From Acidimicrobiales bacterium (GTDB lineage: Bacteria; Actinomycetota; Acidimicrobiia; Acidimicrobiales; CATQHL01), in contig OZ219784.1 of assembly GCA_964291305.2 (NCBI GenBank), positions 103,577 through 167,576 of the forward strand: a stretch of 64,000 nucleotides of DNA. Direction: 5' to 3'. Both the position numbers and the translations under genes were made by a program. Below, piece by piece: positions 33,663-46,489 of this stretch. Numbering within the stretch: position 1 is the stretch's first letter; each line of letters starts with the position of its first letter. Below the pieces are notes generated by a model. That model worked only from the letters and a program-made list of their open reading frames with translations. It was not told the DNA's origin and made no database searches.

Positions 33663-35186
33663 ATGAGCAATCCGACATCGGGCGCGCTCATGGTGGCGGG
33701 TGCAACCAGTGGAGCGGGGAAGTCCACCGTCAGCGCGGCATTGTGTCGCTTGCTGCGCCGTCGCGGTCTCTCAGTGGCACCGTTCAAAGCGCTGAACATG
33801 TCCAACCACTCCGCGGTCACCGCCGACGGTGGCGAGATCGGGCGGGCCCAGGCGATGCAAGCCGCAGCTGCGGGATTGGCGACAGACCGCCGCATGAACC
33901 CCATCTTGTTGAAGCCCAATCGCCAGCGTGGCAGCCACGTGGTGGTGCTGGGTGAGGAGCGGCAGACCAGCAACGCAGCCAGCTTCGGGCAGCTGACCGC
34001 CAGCCTCAAGCCGTTGGTACTGGAAGCCCTGGACTCGCTGCGCCGCGACCATCGCTGGGTGATCGCCGAGGGAGCGGGAGGAGCAGCGGAGATCAACCTG
34101 CTTGACCGTGATCTGGTGAATCTGCCGCTTGCCCAAGCCGCTGGCATTCCAGCAATCCTGGTGGTGGACATCGACCAGGGTGGAGCTTTCGCCGCCGCTT
34201 ACGGCAGCATCGGGCTTCTCCCCCCGGAGCTGCGCGCCACCATCAGCGGCGTCGTGTTCAACCGCTTCCGCGGCGACGTCGGCCAGCTGAGCAGTGGCAT
34301 AGCTCAACTCACCCAGCGCACCGGCGTACCCATCCTGGGTGTCTTACCCCATCTCGGACCCGTACCACTCCTCGGGGTGGAGGACTCATTAGACATAACC
34401 TCTGGAGACATAGCCGCCGTTGCCCGCCACACGCAGCAATCAGACCGACCGGTCCGAGTGGCAGTGGTGCTGCTGCCACATCTGGCGAATCCCTCTGACT
34501 TTGATCCGTTCCTAGTCGAACCCGATGTCTCGTTGTCCTGGGTGACCCGAGGCGACCAATTTGAGGCCGCGGATTTGGTAATTCTGCCTGGCAGCCGAGC
34601 GACCGTTTCCGATCTTGCCTGGCTGCGCCAGCGCGGCCTCGACCGCGCCATAGCTGAAGTAGCCCGCCTCGAGAGCGCCCGAGTGATCGGGATTTGTGCC
34701 GGCTATCAGATGCTGGGAACCGAAATCGACGATCCCATCGAGTCCGGAGCCGGACTGGTGCCAGGCTTGGGCCTGCTGCAGTCAACCGCAAGGTTCGTCG
34801 AGCCTAAGATCGTGCGACGCTCAACTGGGAACGCCGGCGGCCGCCCTATCGCCGGGTATCAGATCCGCTTTGGCCGCCCAGCGCCCAGCCAGTCACCCTG
34901 GCTCGAGCTAGACGGCGAACCCGAAGGAGCCGTCTCGGCCTCGGGAGTTGTCCTGGGCACCAGCCTGCACGGGATCTTCGACGCCGACGGGTTCCGCTCC
35001 GCTCTACTCACTGAAATCGCCTCCGCCACAAACCGCTACTACAGCCCAGCACCACACACATTCGCCGGCGCGCTCGAAGCTCAACACGAGCGGCTAGCAG
35101 ACTGGATCGAAGAGCACCTGGACATCAACGCCCTAATAGACATCGCCTCCACCGCAGCCCCGCCGGAGGAAGGTCCGGGCTGGTAA
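33663..35186 (+). CDS. cobQ: Cobyric acid synthase
   Basis: 507 aa. N-terminal P-loop GATSGAGKSTVSAALCR, then RAQAMQA. C-terminal GATase-like VIGICAGYQMLG. Confidence 0.9.
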   Translation: MSNPTSGALMVAGATSGAGKSTVSAALCRLLRRRGLSVAPFKALNMSNHSAVTADGGEIGRAQAMQAAAAGLATDRRMNPILLKPNRQRGSHVVVLGEERQTSNAASFGQLTASLKPLVLEALDSLRRDHRWVIAEGAGGAAEINLLDRDLVNLPLAQAAGIPAILVVDIDQGGAFAAAYGSIGLLPPELRATISGVVFNRFRGDVGQLSSGIAQLTQRTGVPILGVLPHLGPVPLLGVEDSLDITSGDIAAVARHTQQSDRPVRVAVVLLPHLANPSDFDPFLVEPDVSLSWVTRGDQFEAADLVILPGSRATVSDLAWLRQRGLDRAIAEVARLESARVIGICAGYQMLGTEIDDPIESGAGLVPGLGLLQSTARFVEPKIVRRSTGNAGGRPIAGYQIRFGRPAPSQSPWLELDGEPEGAVSASGVVLGTSLHGIFDADGFRSALLTEIASATNRYYSPAPHTFAGALEAQHERLADWIEEHLDINALIDIASTAAPPEEGPGW

Positions 35187-35252
35187 GCGAACCGACGTAG
35201 GCCCCGGTAATGGGGCTCGGCGCCGCCAGGGTGGCCGGTACCATCGGCGGCG

Positions 35253-36746
35253 ATGAGCGAACCTAATAGCCTGGGGCTGGCACTCGGCGGGCTGAGCAAA
35301 GCCGAACGGGTTCACTACGACCGGCTCGTGGCCACCACCTCGCTGCTGGCCGACATCAGCTTCGCCGACATCTTGCTGCTGCTGCCCGTCGACAACGCCG
35401 ACGACACGGGAACCTCCCACAGCGGTATGGAGGGGGGCGTACGCTTCGTCACTACCGCCCACAGCCGCCCCGTCACTAGCCAGACAGTACATCCGGACGA
35501 TCTGGTGGGCGGGGTGATCAGCGCCAACCAACGGCCGCTGGCTGTGCTCGCACACCAGAGCGGGGTGAGCACCAACGGCGGCGCCTACCTGGCCGAACAA
35601 AGGCGCTGGGTTCAGTCCCTGGCAGTCCCAGTGAACTTCGCCAACCGCACGATTGCTGTGTTGCTGCGCGAGTTTCCGTCGGTGAGCGACCGGGTCTGGG
35701 GGCGGTTGGAGACTACCTACTTCGGCCTGTTCCGCCGCTTAGCAGGGATGATCGCCGACGGTTCCTTCCCTTATGCCGCGGGGCCGGGGAACCACGACCA
35801 CCCACCCCGGGTGGGCGACGGTGTCATAGTGTTAGACGCCTGGCAGCGAGTCACGTACCTAACGCCTAACGCCCACTCTGCGCTGCGGCGCCTCGGTATC
35901 AACGGCGACCCCACAGGCAAGCGCCTCGCCCATGTGGGAATTGAACCTCGTGCTCTGCGACTCACCGCCTCAGCGGTGCTGCCACACGACGAAGAGATAG
36001 AGCGCAACGGCCACAACGTGGTCGTGCGGTGCCTGCCACTGATCCAAGAGGAGACCCTCACGGGTGTCTTGGTGCTGGTGCGGGACATTACCGAGTTGCG
36101 CCGGGTTGACCGCTTGTTGATCACCAAGAATGCCGCCTTAGCCGAGGTGCATCATCGGGTGAAGAACAACTTGCAGACGGTGTCGTCGCTGCTCAGGCTG
36201 CAGAGCCGCTGGCTGGAAGAACCCGAAGCCAAAGAAGCGCTGGCCGAGTCGGCCCGCCGCATCCGCCTGATCGCCGCTGTGCACGAGATCCTCAGCGGCC
36301 CCGACGGCGACAGCACCCCGTTCGAAAGCGTCGTGGATTACCTTGCGTCGCTGCTGCGAGAGTCGCTGGCTTTACCGAACGCGCCGATCTCGATCAGGGT
36401 GGAGGGAGTGGTCGGTCCGCTGCCCAGCGAGGTCATGACCACGATGGCGATCGTGCTGAACGAACTGGTGCAAAACGCAGTCGATCATGGTTTCGGCGGC
36501 CCCACGGCTGCCGGCCATCAAGACAGCGAGATCGTGGTCAGGCTCGCCCGAGTGGACTCGGAACTCCAGCTCTCGGTGACCGACAACGGCAGGGGCATGC
36601 CAGATAGTCCGCTGCAGGAGGGTTTAGGCCTGACGCTGGTCCGGGCGCTGGTGGAAAACGACCTCGGCGGCAGTCTGGTACACCGGTCCGAGCCGGGCGG
36701 CACCACCGTAGAACTAGTCGCCCCCCTAGAGGCAAAAAGCCGCTAG
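35253..36746 (+). CDS. pdtaS: PdtaS-like cytoplasmic sensor histidine kinase (GAF/PAS + HisKA_2 + HATPase)
   Basis: 497 aa. H-box EVHHRVKNNLQTVSSLLRLQSR. ATPase N/G boxes LNELVQNAVDHG and DNGRGMP. No TM segments seen. Confidence 0.75.
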   Translation: MSEPNSLGLALGGLSKAERVHYDRLVATTSLLADISFADILLLLPVDNADDTGTSHSGMEGGVRFVTTAHSRPVTSQTVHPDDLVGGVISANQRPLAVLAHQSGVSTNGGAYLAEQRRWVQSLAVPVNFANRTIAVLLREFPSVSDRVWGRLETTYFGLFRRLAGMIADGSFPYAAGPGNHDHPPRVGDGVIVLDAWQRVTYLTPNAHSALRRLGINGDPTGKRLAHVGIEPRALRLTASAVLPHDEEIERNGHNVVVRCLPLIQEETLTGVLVLVRDITELRRVDRLLITKNAALAEVHHRVKNNLQTVSSLLRLQSRWLEEPEAKEALAESARRIRLIAAVHEILSGPDGDSTPFESVVDYLASLLRESLALPNAPISIRVEGVVGPLPSEVMTTMAIVLNELVQNAVDHGFGGPTAAGHQDSEIVVRLARVDSELQLSVTDNGRGMPDSPLQEGLGLTLVRALVENDLGGSLVHRSEPGGTTVELVAPLEAKSR

Positions 36747-36765
36747 CACAGGTGTCAACTAACGA

Positions 36766-37182
36766 TCACCGAGTTGGTCGCGCCACGGGCAGGATCTCCA
36801 CCGCCAAGTCGCTTCCAGGAACTTCAGCGAGAGCGGCATCGCAGGAGACCAGCAGAGCGTCAAGCGCCTCTGCCAGCGCAAGGTAGATCCCGTCGTAGAC
36901 AGTCACGTTGGCACGCAGCTCAAACGCCCGCAGCAAAAGCCCGGTGTGAGGGAATCGCTGAATCCGCAGATCAGAGAAGTCCCCTAACACCTCGGCAGCG
37001 CTAGCGACAGTCATTTTGTCGTGCAACACGAAACGCCGGATCACCTGGCCGATTTCGGCATCGAGAAGGTGCGGGGCGCAGACCGCCTCTCGGTCAGCAA
37101 ATCGCTTAGCAAGAGATTGCCCGGCCGGGCTGTATTTATGCAGGAGCAGTTCCGTGACCGCCGAGGCATCGGCAACTATCAC
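36766..37182 (-). CDS. vapC: PIN-domain toxin VapC
   Basis: 138 aa. MIVADASAVTELL is the N-terminal acidic PIN motif. The start overlaps the antitoxin stop by 4 nt. Confidence 0.85.
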   Translation of the reverse strand: MIVADASAVTELLLHKYSPAGQSLAKRFADREAVCAPHLLDAEIGQVIRRFVLHDKMTVASAAEVLGDFSDLRIQRFPHTGLLLRAFELRANVTVYDGIYLALAEALDALLVSCDAALAEVPGSDLAVEILPVARPTR

Positions 37183-37418
37183 CGCATTTCACGCTCGGAC
37201 CGGATGGCCTCTACAGATGACTCCGACAGTACCGGCGACTGGCGACTGGCGATGCGGGCTAACACCTCTTCCACTGGTGGGACCGACAGCGCGCTCTCTA
37301 GTTCCCGCAGTATGTAATCCGAGAGGCTCAAGCCGGCGCGAGCGGCGCGTGACTTAGCCTCTCGGTGGACGGCATCGGGAACATTTCTGACTTGAATCAT
37401 CTTGGTCATGCGCACCAC
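37179..37418 (-). CDS. vapB: VapB/FitA-type (RHH) antitoxin
   Basis: 79 aa. IQVRNVPDAVHREAKSRAARAGLSLSDYILRELE is typical of RHH plasmid-stability antitoxins. Confidence 0.75.
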   Translation of the reverse strand: MVRMTKMIQVRNVPDAVHREAKSRAARAGLSLSDYILRELESALSVPPVEEVLARIASRQSPVLSESSVEAIRSEREMR

Positions 37419-37493
37419 ACTATCTCATGTTCACGACATTGTCTCTCGCAGTCGTACCCGGCGAGACAAGTAAGAAACAGAGCTGAAGTCTCA

Positions 37494-39011
37494 TCATCCC
37501 AGGGCTACGACTAGGAGCGAGACCTCGGTGAAGTGGGTGACGGTTCCGGGTACTACGCCGAAGATCAAGGTGGCTGCCAGGGTCAGGGCCAGCGCCGAGC
37601 GCAGCGAGAATGGCACGGCGATGCGCCCGGCGGCGGCCATCTCCTCGCTGGGCGCCTCGAACCACATGCGGGCGGCAAGCTTGCCGTAGTAGCCAACCGC
37701 GATTACGGCGTTGATGGCAGCGAAGCCGGCCAGCACATAGGCGGCCGGGTTGTCGGCCGACACCAGCGCGCCGAACACGGCAAACTTGGCGTACCAGCCC
37801 CCTGCCGGCGGAATACCAGCCAGCGAGGCCAAGAACACCGTCATAACCACTGCCATCCCCGGCGACACTTTGAACAAGCCGTTGTATGACGCCAAGTCAC
37901 CGGTGCCGGTGCGGCGAGCCACAACCATGATGACCGCAAAGACGCCCAGGTTCATGGCTGCATAGATGACCAAATAGGTGAGCACCGCCGAGACGGCCTC
38001 GTCGGCTACCGCAGCGTTCTGACCAGCCACGGCCAGCGGCGCCAGCATGAACCCAGCCTGGGCGATACCCGAGTAGGCCATAAGGCGCACAATGTTCTTC
38101 TGCCGTAACGCCATGAGGTTGCCGGCGGTCATGGAGGCGGCCGCCAAGAACCACAACGCCGGACCGTAAACGTCGTCACGCTCCCAGAACCCTACGAACA
38201 CCAGCGAGCCCAGCGCTACGAAACCCGCCGTCTTAGAAGCCACCGACAAGAAGGCCGTGATCGGGGTGGGCGCCCCCTCATAGGTGTCGGGTGCCCAGGT
38301 GTGGAACGGGAACGCCGAGACCTTGAAGGCGAACCCCACGATCACGAAGATCACGCCCAATGTGATGGCAGCGCTGGGTACGGCATCGGCGCCCCGGTCT
38401 AGTGGGGCGGCCACTGCGATGTCGGCCAACACCGTCGAGCCCGAAGCCCCGAACAGCAGCGACATGCCGTAGAGCATGATGGCCGAAGCGAAGACCCCCA
38501 TGAGGAAGTACTTCAGCCCGGCCTCGTTGCTGCGCAGGTCGCGCTTGCGCCAGGCGGCCAGCAGGTAAGCGGGGATAGAGAGCAGCTCTAGCGCCACAAA
38601 GATGCTGATGAGGTCCCGCGCCGAGGCCATCACCACCATGCCCAACAGCGACGCCAGCACCAAACCGTAGTACTCGTTCTCCCAGTAGTCCCCCTCGGCT
38701 ATGTAGTTCATGGAGAGCAGCACCACGACGTAGCCCGAGACCACAAACAACGCCTTCAGGATGAGCGAGTAGCCATCCACCACGTAGGCGCCGTCGAACA
38801 TGACCCGCGGCTCGGAGGCCACGCCAGCAGTAGCCAGGGTGATGATCGGCACCAGCACACCTAGCAGCCCCAGCCCTGCCAGCGCCGAGGTAACCGTCCG
38901 GCCCCGCTCGGCCAAGGCAATATCCAGGCAGGTCAGCAAGGCCCCCACGCCCAGCAGCGTCAACTCGGGCGCCAGCGCGTGCCAGTCCAGGTGTGGTCGG
39001 ACGAACCCCAT
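37494..39011 (-). CDS. nuoN: NADH-quinone oxidoreductase subunit N (operon 1)
   Basis: Antiporter-like polytopic ORF, last in the operon. The track ORF extends to 39095. Start taken at ATG 39011 (MGFVRPHLDWHALAPEL); GTG 39047 (a GTGA overlap with the nuoM stop) is the alternative. Confidence 0.85.
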   Translation of the reverse strand: MGFVRPHLDWHALAPELTLLGVGALLTCLDIALAERGRTVTSALAGLGLLGVLVPIITLATAGVASEPRVMFDGAYVVDGYSLILKALFVVSGYVVVLLSMNYIAEGDYWENEYYGLVLASLLGMVVMASARDLISIFVALELLSIPAYLLAAWRKRDLRSNEAGLKYFLMGVFASAIMLYGMSLLFGASGSTVLADIAVAAPLDRGADAVPSAAITLGVIFVIVGFAFKVSAFPFHTWAPDTYEGAPTPITAFLSVASKTAGFVALGSLVFVGFWERDDVYGPALWFLAAASMTAGNLMALRQKNIVRLMAYSGIAQAGFMLAPLAVAGQNAAVADEAVSAVLTYLVIYAAMNLGVFAVIMVVARRTGTGDLASYNGLFKVSPGMAVVMTVFLASLAGIPPAGGWYAKFAVFGALVSADNPAAYVLAGFAAINAVIAVGYYGKLAARMWFEAPSEEMAAAGRIAVPFSLRSALALTLAATLIFGVVPGTVTHFTEVSLLVVALG

Positions 39012-39043
39012 AACCCCTAAGGGGCCGGCAAGCGCGCCGAGGG

Positions 39044-40690
39044 TCACTGGCCGCTCTCCGCCTGCTCGCCAACGCGGCGCAGCCGCTCGAAGCACTCCTC
39101 GCCCCGCTCCACTTCCAGGCAGCCGCCGGGCGAGCCATTCACCGCCTCCACCTGCAGCGACTCTTTCACTGCCGGATCGGTGGCCTCATGCAGCAGTCGA
39201 GGGAAGAAGCCCAGCACCACGATCAGCACCAGCAGCGGCGCCCAGGCCAAATACTCTCGGGGGGTGGCGTCGGTCACGTCGGGGGAGTTAGCGAACTCTT
39301 TGCGAGCGTTGCCGAAGGCCGTCTTCTGCAGCATCCACAACAGGTAGCCGGCGGCCAGCACCGTGCCGATGGCGGCGATCACCATGTAGGCGCGAAACAC
39401 TGCCTCGTTGAGGATCTCGGCGGGGTTGTAGGACGCCAGAATCGCCGGGAACTCGCCCCAGAACCCGGCCAAACCGGGCAGCCCCAGAGAAGCCATAACG
39501 CAGAAACCCAGAATCCAGCCCATGCGCGGCGCCTGCTGCAACAGGCCACCGAGGCGGGACATCTCCAAGGTGTGGTAGCGGTCCTTCACCGATCCGGCCA
39601 GGAAGAACAACATCCCGGTAATCAGGCCGTGCGCCACCATGCCGAACACCGCGGCGTTGATCCCGAAGGGAGTCAACGTGGCGATTCCCAGCATCACGAA
39701 GCCCATGTGGGCTACCGAACTAAAGGCTATGAGCCGTTTCATGTCGCGCTGGGCCAGGCAGCCCAGGGCGCCGTAGATGATGCCGATCACCGCTAGCAGC
39801 CCAATGACTGGAGCCCAGGCCGCCGCCGCTTCCGGCAGCATCGGCACGGCGACCCGCACGAACCCGTAGGTACCCAGCTTCAACAACACCGCAGCCAGAA
39901 TCACCGAACCCACGGTGGGTGCCTCGGTGTGGGCGTCGGGCAGCCACGTGTGGAACGGGAACATCGGCACTTTGATGCCGAAGCCCAAGAACATGCCGGC
40001 GAAGATCCACAACTGGCTAGTGCGGGCTATGGCCGAGGTGGCCCCGCTCGAGAGCGCACGCATGTCGAAGGTGCGGGCCGCATCCAGGCCGACCAGGGTG
40101 CCGTCGGCCAAGAAGAACAGGGCCAGGAAGCTGACCAGCATGAGCGCCGAACCGAAGAGCGTGTAGAGGAAGAACTTGATGGCGGCGTAACGCCGGTTCT
40201 CGCCTCCCCAGACACCGATCATGAAGTACATCGGCAACAGCACAACCTCGAAGAAGACAAAGAACAAGATGAGGTCCTGAGCGGTAAAGGTGCCGATCAT
40301 GCCGGTCTCCAGCACCAACAGCAGCGCCAGGAAGGCTTTCGGGTTGCGCGGCTCGGGGAAGTGCCCAAACGAGTACACGATGCACAGCGGCACGATCAGC
40401 ACAGTCAACAGCACTAAAGGCAGCGAGATGCCGTCAATTCCCATGATGTAACGGCTGTTGATGACATCGATCCACGACCGGTCCACCACGTATTGCAGTT
40501 CCCCAGCTTTGGACAAGTTGAAGCGAGCCAGCAAGAAAATGGCGAACAGCGCCGTTAGCAGCGAGGCACCCAGAGCCGCCGCTTTCAGCCACAACTCCCG
40601 GCTCGAGGGCAACGCCAGCAACAACGCCGCGCCCACTAGCGGGATGAAGGTGACCAACGTCAACCCCCATCCGTTTAGAAATGCATCCAT
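39044..40690 (-). CDS. nuoM: NADH-quinone oxidoreductase subunit M (operon 1)
   Basis: 548 aa with the NuoM/Mrp-antiporter pattern FPFHTWLPDAHTEAPT. Has a ~40-aa hydrophilic C-terminal extension. Confidence 0.9.
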   Translation of the reverse strand: MDAFLNGWGLTLVTFIPLVGAALLLALPSSRELWLKAAALGASLLTALFAIFLLARFNLSKAGELQYVVDRSWIDVINSRYIMGIDGISLPLVLLTVLIVPLCIVYSFGHFPEPRNPKAFLALLLVLETGMIGTFTAQDLILFFVFFEVVLLPMYFMIGVWGGENRRYAAIKFFLYTLFGSALMLVSFLALFFLADGTLVGLDAARTFDMRALSSGATSAIARTSQLWIFAGMFLGFGIKVPMFPFHTWLPDAHTEAPTVGSVILAAVLLKLGTYGFVRVAVPMLPEAAAAWAPVIGLLAVIGIIYGALGCLAQRDMKRLIAFSSVAHMGFVMLGIATLTPFGINAAVFGMVAHGLITGMLFFLAGSVKDRYHTLEMSRLGGLLQQAPRMGWILGFCVMASLGLPGLAGFWGEFPAILASYNPAEILNEAVFRAYMVIAAIGTVLAAGYLLWMLQKTAFGNARKEFANSPDVTDATPREYLAWAPLLVLIVVLGFFPRLLHEATDPAVKESLQVEAVNGSPGGCLEVERGEECFERLRRVGEQAESGQ

Positions 40691-40706
40691 CGGTCTCCTC
40701 TCGAGG

Positions 40707-42863
<2,157 letters not shown>

Positions 42864-42870
42864 GGCCGGC

Positions 42871-43170
42871 CTAACCCTTCATAATGTCGGCCTCACTGAG
42901 GTCGACGCTTTGACGGTTGCGATATAGCAGCAGCAGAATTGCTAGTCCTACGCCCACCTCGGCCGCGACCACGGCAATTACGAACAGGGCGAATACTTCA
43001 CCGGAAACGCTGGAGACGTAGCTGCCGAACGCCACCAGGTTGATGTTCACGGCGTTGAGGATGAGTTCGATCGACATCAAAACCAAGACGCCGTTGCGGC
43101 GGGCCAATACCCCGTAAACGCCGATGGCGAAAAGCACGGCGCTGAGGATGAGGAACTGGTTCAACAGCAC
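42871..43170 (-). CDS. nuoK: NADH-quinone oxidoreductase subunit K (operon 1)
   Basis: 99 aa, with MSIELILNAVNINLVAF. Confidence 0.9.
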   Translation of the reverse strand: MLLNQFLILSAVLFAIGVYGVLARRNGVLVLMSIELILNAVNINLVAFGSYVSSVSGEVFALFVIAVVAAEVGVGLAILLLLYRNRQSVDLSEADIMKG

Positions 43171-43174
43171 GGTC

Positions 43175-43684
43175 TCAGTTCCTCCGGGCGATGACTATGG
43201 CCCCGATGAGGGCGGCCAGCAGCAGCACCGAGACGGCCTCGAACGGCACAATGTAGGTGCTGAAGATCGAGTCGGCCACATCGGCTGTGGTTGTGCGGGT
43301 GTCGGCGGGCAACTCGGCGTCGCCGAAGCCCGTCACCACGGCGTAGATGGTGACGGTAGCCACCAGCGCGGCCGCCAGCACCGCCGGCAGCCGTTTGGCG
43401 TGGTCGGTGCCTTCCTCGTTACCTATGCGGGTGCGGGTCAGCATGATGCCGAACAGGAACAGCACCACCACGGCACCGATGTAGACCAGAATCTGGGTGA
43501 TCCCCACAAACTCGGCGCCCATCAGCAAGAACAGGGCCGCCACACCGCCGAGCACCACCACTAGAAACAGCGCCGCGTGTACAACGTTGCGGGTAGTGAC
43601 AAGACGGATAGCAGCCAACACCATAATGGCGGAAATCACCCCAAAGGCGATGTTCTGAGCTACGAGAGCCCCGAGGATGGTCAC
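43175..43684 (-). CDS. nuoJ: NADH-quinone oxidoreductase subunit J (operon 1)
   Basis: 169-aa hydrophobic ORF between nuoI and nuoK, with [18 protein letters not shown]. Confidence 0.85.
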   Translation of the reverse strand: MTILGALVAQNIAFGVISAIMVLAAIRLVTTRNVVHAALFLVVVLGGVAALFLLMGAEFVGITQILVYIGAVVVLFLFGIMLTRTRIGNEEGTDHAKRLPAVLAAALVATVTIYAVVTGFGDAELPADTRTTTADVADSIFSTYIVPFEAVSVLLLAALIGAIVIARRN

Positions 43685-44250
43685 GAGCTGGCGCTCCGCG
43701 GTGGCCGGTGCTTCGACGGCTCGGGTCGGCGGGGCTGCTTGATCGAGGCTCCCGGTTCGTAGGTCTCGAACTCTGGCACGGTCTCCATCCAGTCAGCTAG
43801 ACGGTCGGCGTCATGCAACAGGTCGGCGATACGGGGCTCGGAGTACTCAAACTCCGGGCTCCAGAAAAGGGCATCGAAGGGGCAAACCTCAACGCAGATT
43901 CCGCAGTACATGCAGAGGGCGTAGTCGATGTCGAAACGGTCGATCTTGGCGCGCTGGCGAGGCTTGCCGCCCGGGCGCCGCGGCGGAGCCAACTCCTTGT
44001 GCCCCTCGATGTAGATACACCAGTCGGGGCATTCTCGGGCACAGAGCATGCACACAGTGCAGTTGTCGTGATGCAGACCGATGACGCCGCGGGCTCGCGT
44101 CACCGGAGCCTCCTTGACATGCGGGTACTGCACGGTGTGAGCCCCGCGGGAGGGCGCAGGGACAGGCTTGCGCAGACCGTCGGGGAAAACCGTACGCAGC
44201 AGAGTCCGGAGCGTCACCCCCATCCCTTTAAGCATCCCTGCGCCTCGCAT
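43681..44250 (-). CDS. nuoI: NADH-quinone oxidoreductase subunit I (operon 1)
   Basis: 189 aa with two 4Fe-4S motifs [12 protein letters not shown] and [12 protein letters not shown]. Confidence 0.9.
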   Translation of the reverse strand: MRGAGMLKGMGVTLRTLLRTVFPDGLRKPVPAPSRGAHTVQYPHVKEAPVTRARGVIGLHHDNCTVCMLCARECPDWCIYIEGHKELAPPRRPGGKPRQRAKIDRFDIDYALCMYCGICVEVCPFDALFWSPEFEYSEPRIADLLHDADRLADWMETVPEFETYEPGASIKQPRRPEPSKHRPPRSASS

Positions 44251-44264
44251 GATCTTCCTCTCTC

Positions 44265-45299
44265 TCAGACCAGGACTTTCAACACGCCAGTCATAACGAT
44301 GTTCGCCAGCGTCAGCGGTATGAGAACTTTCCAGGCCAGCTTCTGGAGTTGATCCTCACGCAGCCGGGGGAACGTGAAGCGGAACCAGAAGATGAGCGCC
44401 GAGACGGCCATGATCTTGATGAACATCACAAACGGGCCGATGAGGTTAAACCAGCCCGAGGTTGGGTCCAGGCCCGGGACATACCAGCCGCCCAGGAACA
44501 GCACCGAGGCAATCCCGGCGAAAGCGAAGGCAGTACCAAACTCGGCCATGAAGAAGAACAAGAACCGGAAACCGGTGTACTCCACCTGGTAGCCGCCGAC
44601 GATCTCGGACTCGGCTACCGGCATGTCGAACGGCGGCTGGGTGAGTTCGGCCTGCATCGCTATCAAAAAGATGGCAAAGCCCAGAAACTGCGTGAGGATG
44701 TAGGGGAAGCCCAGCCCGCCCCAGCCGAACATCTCGCCGTTGGCTTGAGCCATGACGATCTTGTTGAGATCCAACGTGCCGGCCTGGATGACCACGCCGA
44801 TGCCCGCCAGCGCTAGCGGCAGTTCGTAGGCGATGAGCTGGCCGGCGGCACGCATTCCCCCCATGAGGGCGTACTTGTTGGCTGAACCCCAGCCGGCCAT
44901 GAGTACCCCGATCACCGAGAGCGATGCCACCGCCAAAGCGAAGAACAGCCCAACGTCTAGGTTGCTAACCACTGCGTCGGGGCCCATCGGCAGCACTACG
45001 AACAGCAAGAAGGTAGACACCAGCACCACCACCGGGGCCAGAGCGAACACGTAGCGGTCGGCTCTACGTGGGAACACGTCTTCTTTTTGCAGGAACTTCA
45101 CGCCGTCGGCCAGCAGCTGCAGCGTGCCGTAGGGGCCAGCCTCCATAGGGCCGAGGCGACTCTGCATGAAGCTCATCATTTTCATGAGGAACACGTAGCC
45201 CAAGATGAGCGCCGCGGTGGGGATGACCAAAGACACCACCACTAGCTTGATGGCGGTTTGCTGCCAATAGGCCAGCTCGACGGCGAGGGTCCACATCAT
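44265..45299 (-). CDS. nuoH: NADH-quinone oxidoreductase subunit H (operon 1)
   Basis: The track ORF extends to 45380. ATG 45299 ([12 protein letters not shown]) forms an ATGA overlap with the nuoD stop. Contains [21 protein letters not shown]. Confidence 0.9.
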   Translation of the reverse strand: MMWTLAVELAYWQQTAIKLVVVSLVIPTAALILGYVFLMKMMSFMQSRLGPMEAGPYGTLQLLADGVKFLQKEDVFPRRADRYVFALAPVVVLVSTFLLFVVLPMGPDAVVSNLDVGLFFALAVASLSVIGVLMAGWGSANKYALMGGMRAAGQLIAYELPLALAGIGVVIQAGTLDLNKIVMAQANGEMFGWGGLGFPYILTQFLGFAIFLIAMQAELTQPPFDMPVAESEIVGGYQVEYTGFRFLFFFMAEFGTAFAFAGIASVLFLGGWYVPGLDPTSGWFNLIGPFVMFIKIMAVSALIFWFRFTFPRLREDQLQKLAWKVLIPLTLANIVMTGVLKVLV

Positions 45300-46465
45300 C
45301 GGTCGATGTCGCCCAAGATGAAGTACAAGCTGGCCAGGATGGTAATCACGTCGGGTACGTAGACGCCCCGCATGACCCACGGCACCACGGAGATGTTGTT
45401 GAAGGAAGCAGAGCGGATCTTCACCCTGAACGGCCCTAAATCACCCTTGCTGACCACGTAGTAGCCCATGACGCCTAGCGGATTCTCGGTGGCCACGTAA
45501 GCCTCGCCAGCCGGAACCTTGATTATCACCGGCACTTTGGCCATGACCGGCCCCGAGGGCAGACCGTCCAGCAGCTGCTCCACCATGTAGGTGGCCTCAC
45601 GGGTCTCCTGCAGACGCACCCAGTAGCGAGCAAAAGAGTCCCCGTCGGGGTGCGTCCAGACTTTCCAATCCAACTGGTCGTGGACCAGCCCGCAGGGATT
45701 GTCGCGGCGCATATCCCAGTCCACTCCGCTAGCACGCAGATTGGCCCCTGAGAGCCCGTAGGAGAGGGCCACCTCGGCAGGGATTACGCCCACACCGCGG
45801 GTCCGGGCCTCGAAGATCTCGTTGCCCAGGAGCAGGTCTTCCAGCTCGTCGCAGAAGTTGCGCATCTTGACCATGACCCCGCGGGTCTCTTCGATCCAAC
45901 CCTTGGGCAGATCGTCCTTGAGCCCGCCGATGCGATCAAAGTTGGGGTGGAAACGCCCGCCGGTGACCGCCTCTATCTGGTTGAGGACAAACTCCCGGTC
46001 TCGGAAGGCAAAGAAAACCGGGGTGAGGGCGCCGAGCTGAACGCCCATATCGCCGAGGAAGAGAGAGACGTTCGCCAGTCTTGACAACTCGAAGAGGACG
46101 GTGCGGATCCAGGCGGCCCGCGGCGGCGCCTCTACCTCCATGAGTTGCTCGGCGGCCAGGATGAAAGGAACCTCGTTGGCGAAGCTGCCCAACCAGTCGA
46201 TGCGATTCACCAGGGTCGTGACCTGCGGGTAGGTGCGCACCTCGGCCAGCTTCTCGTAGCCCCGGTGCATGTAGCCCATGACCGGCTCGGCCACTACCAC
46301 CTGCTCGCCGTCGAGGCGGGCCACGATGCGCAGGGTGCCGTGAGTGGCGGGGTGCTGCGGGCCGATGTTGAGGGTCATACCCTCGGTCTCTAACTCCACG
46401 TTGACACGAGCGTCAGCCGCGGCGGCGGCAATGAAGGACCGCTGCTCGCGCTCAGTGACGCTCAT
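45296..46465 (-). CDS. nuoD: NADH-quinone oxidoreductase subunit D (operon 1)
   Basis: 389 aa, with LNIGPQHPATHGTLRIVARLDGE. Confidence 0.9.
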   Translation of the reverse strand: MSVTEREQRSFIAAAAADARVNVELETEGMTLNIGPQHPATHGTLRIVARLDGEQVVVAEPVMGYMHRGYEKLAEVRTYPQVTTLVNRIDWLGSFANEVPFILAAEQLMEVEAPPRAAWIRTVLFELSRLANVSLFLGDMGVQLGALTPVFFAFRDREFVLNQIEAVTGGRFHPNFDRIGGLKDDLPKGWIEETRGVMVKMRNFCDELEDLLLGNEIFEARTRGVGVIPAEVALSYGLSGANLRASGVDWDMRRDNPCGLVHDQLDWKVWTHPDGDSFARYWVRLQETREATYMVEQLLDGLPSGPVMAKVPVIIKVPAGEAYVATENPLGVMGYYVVSKGDLGPFRVKIRSASFNNISVVPWVMRGVYVPDVITILASLYFILGDIDR

Positions 46466-46489
46466 GTGTGGGCCTTCATGGGAGGGCCT

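Noticed and set aside
37438-37469. Possible terminator hairpin after nuoN (operon 1)
   Set aside because: The stem is only 7-8 bp with a bulge, and no U-run follows on the minus strand. That is too weak to call.
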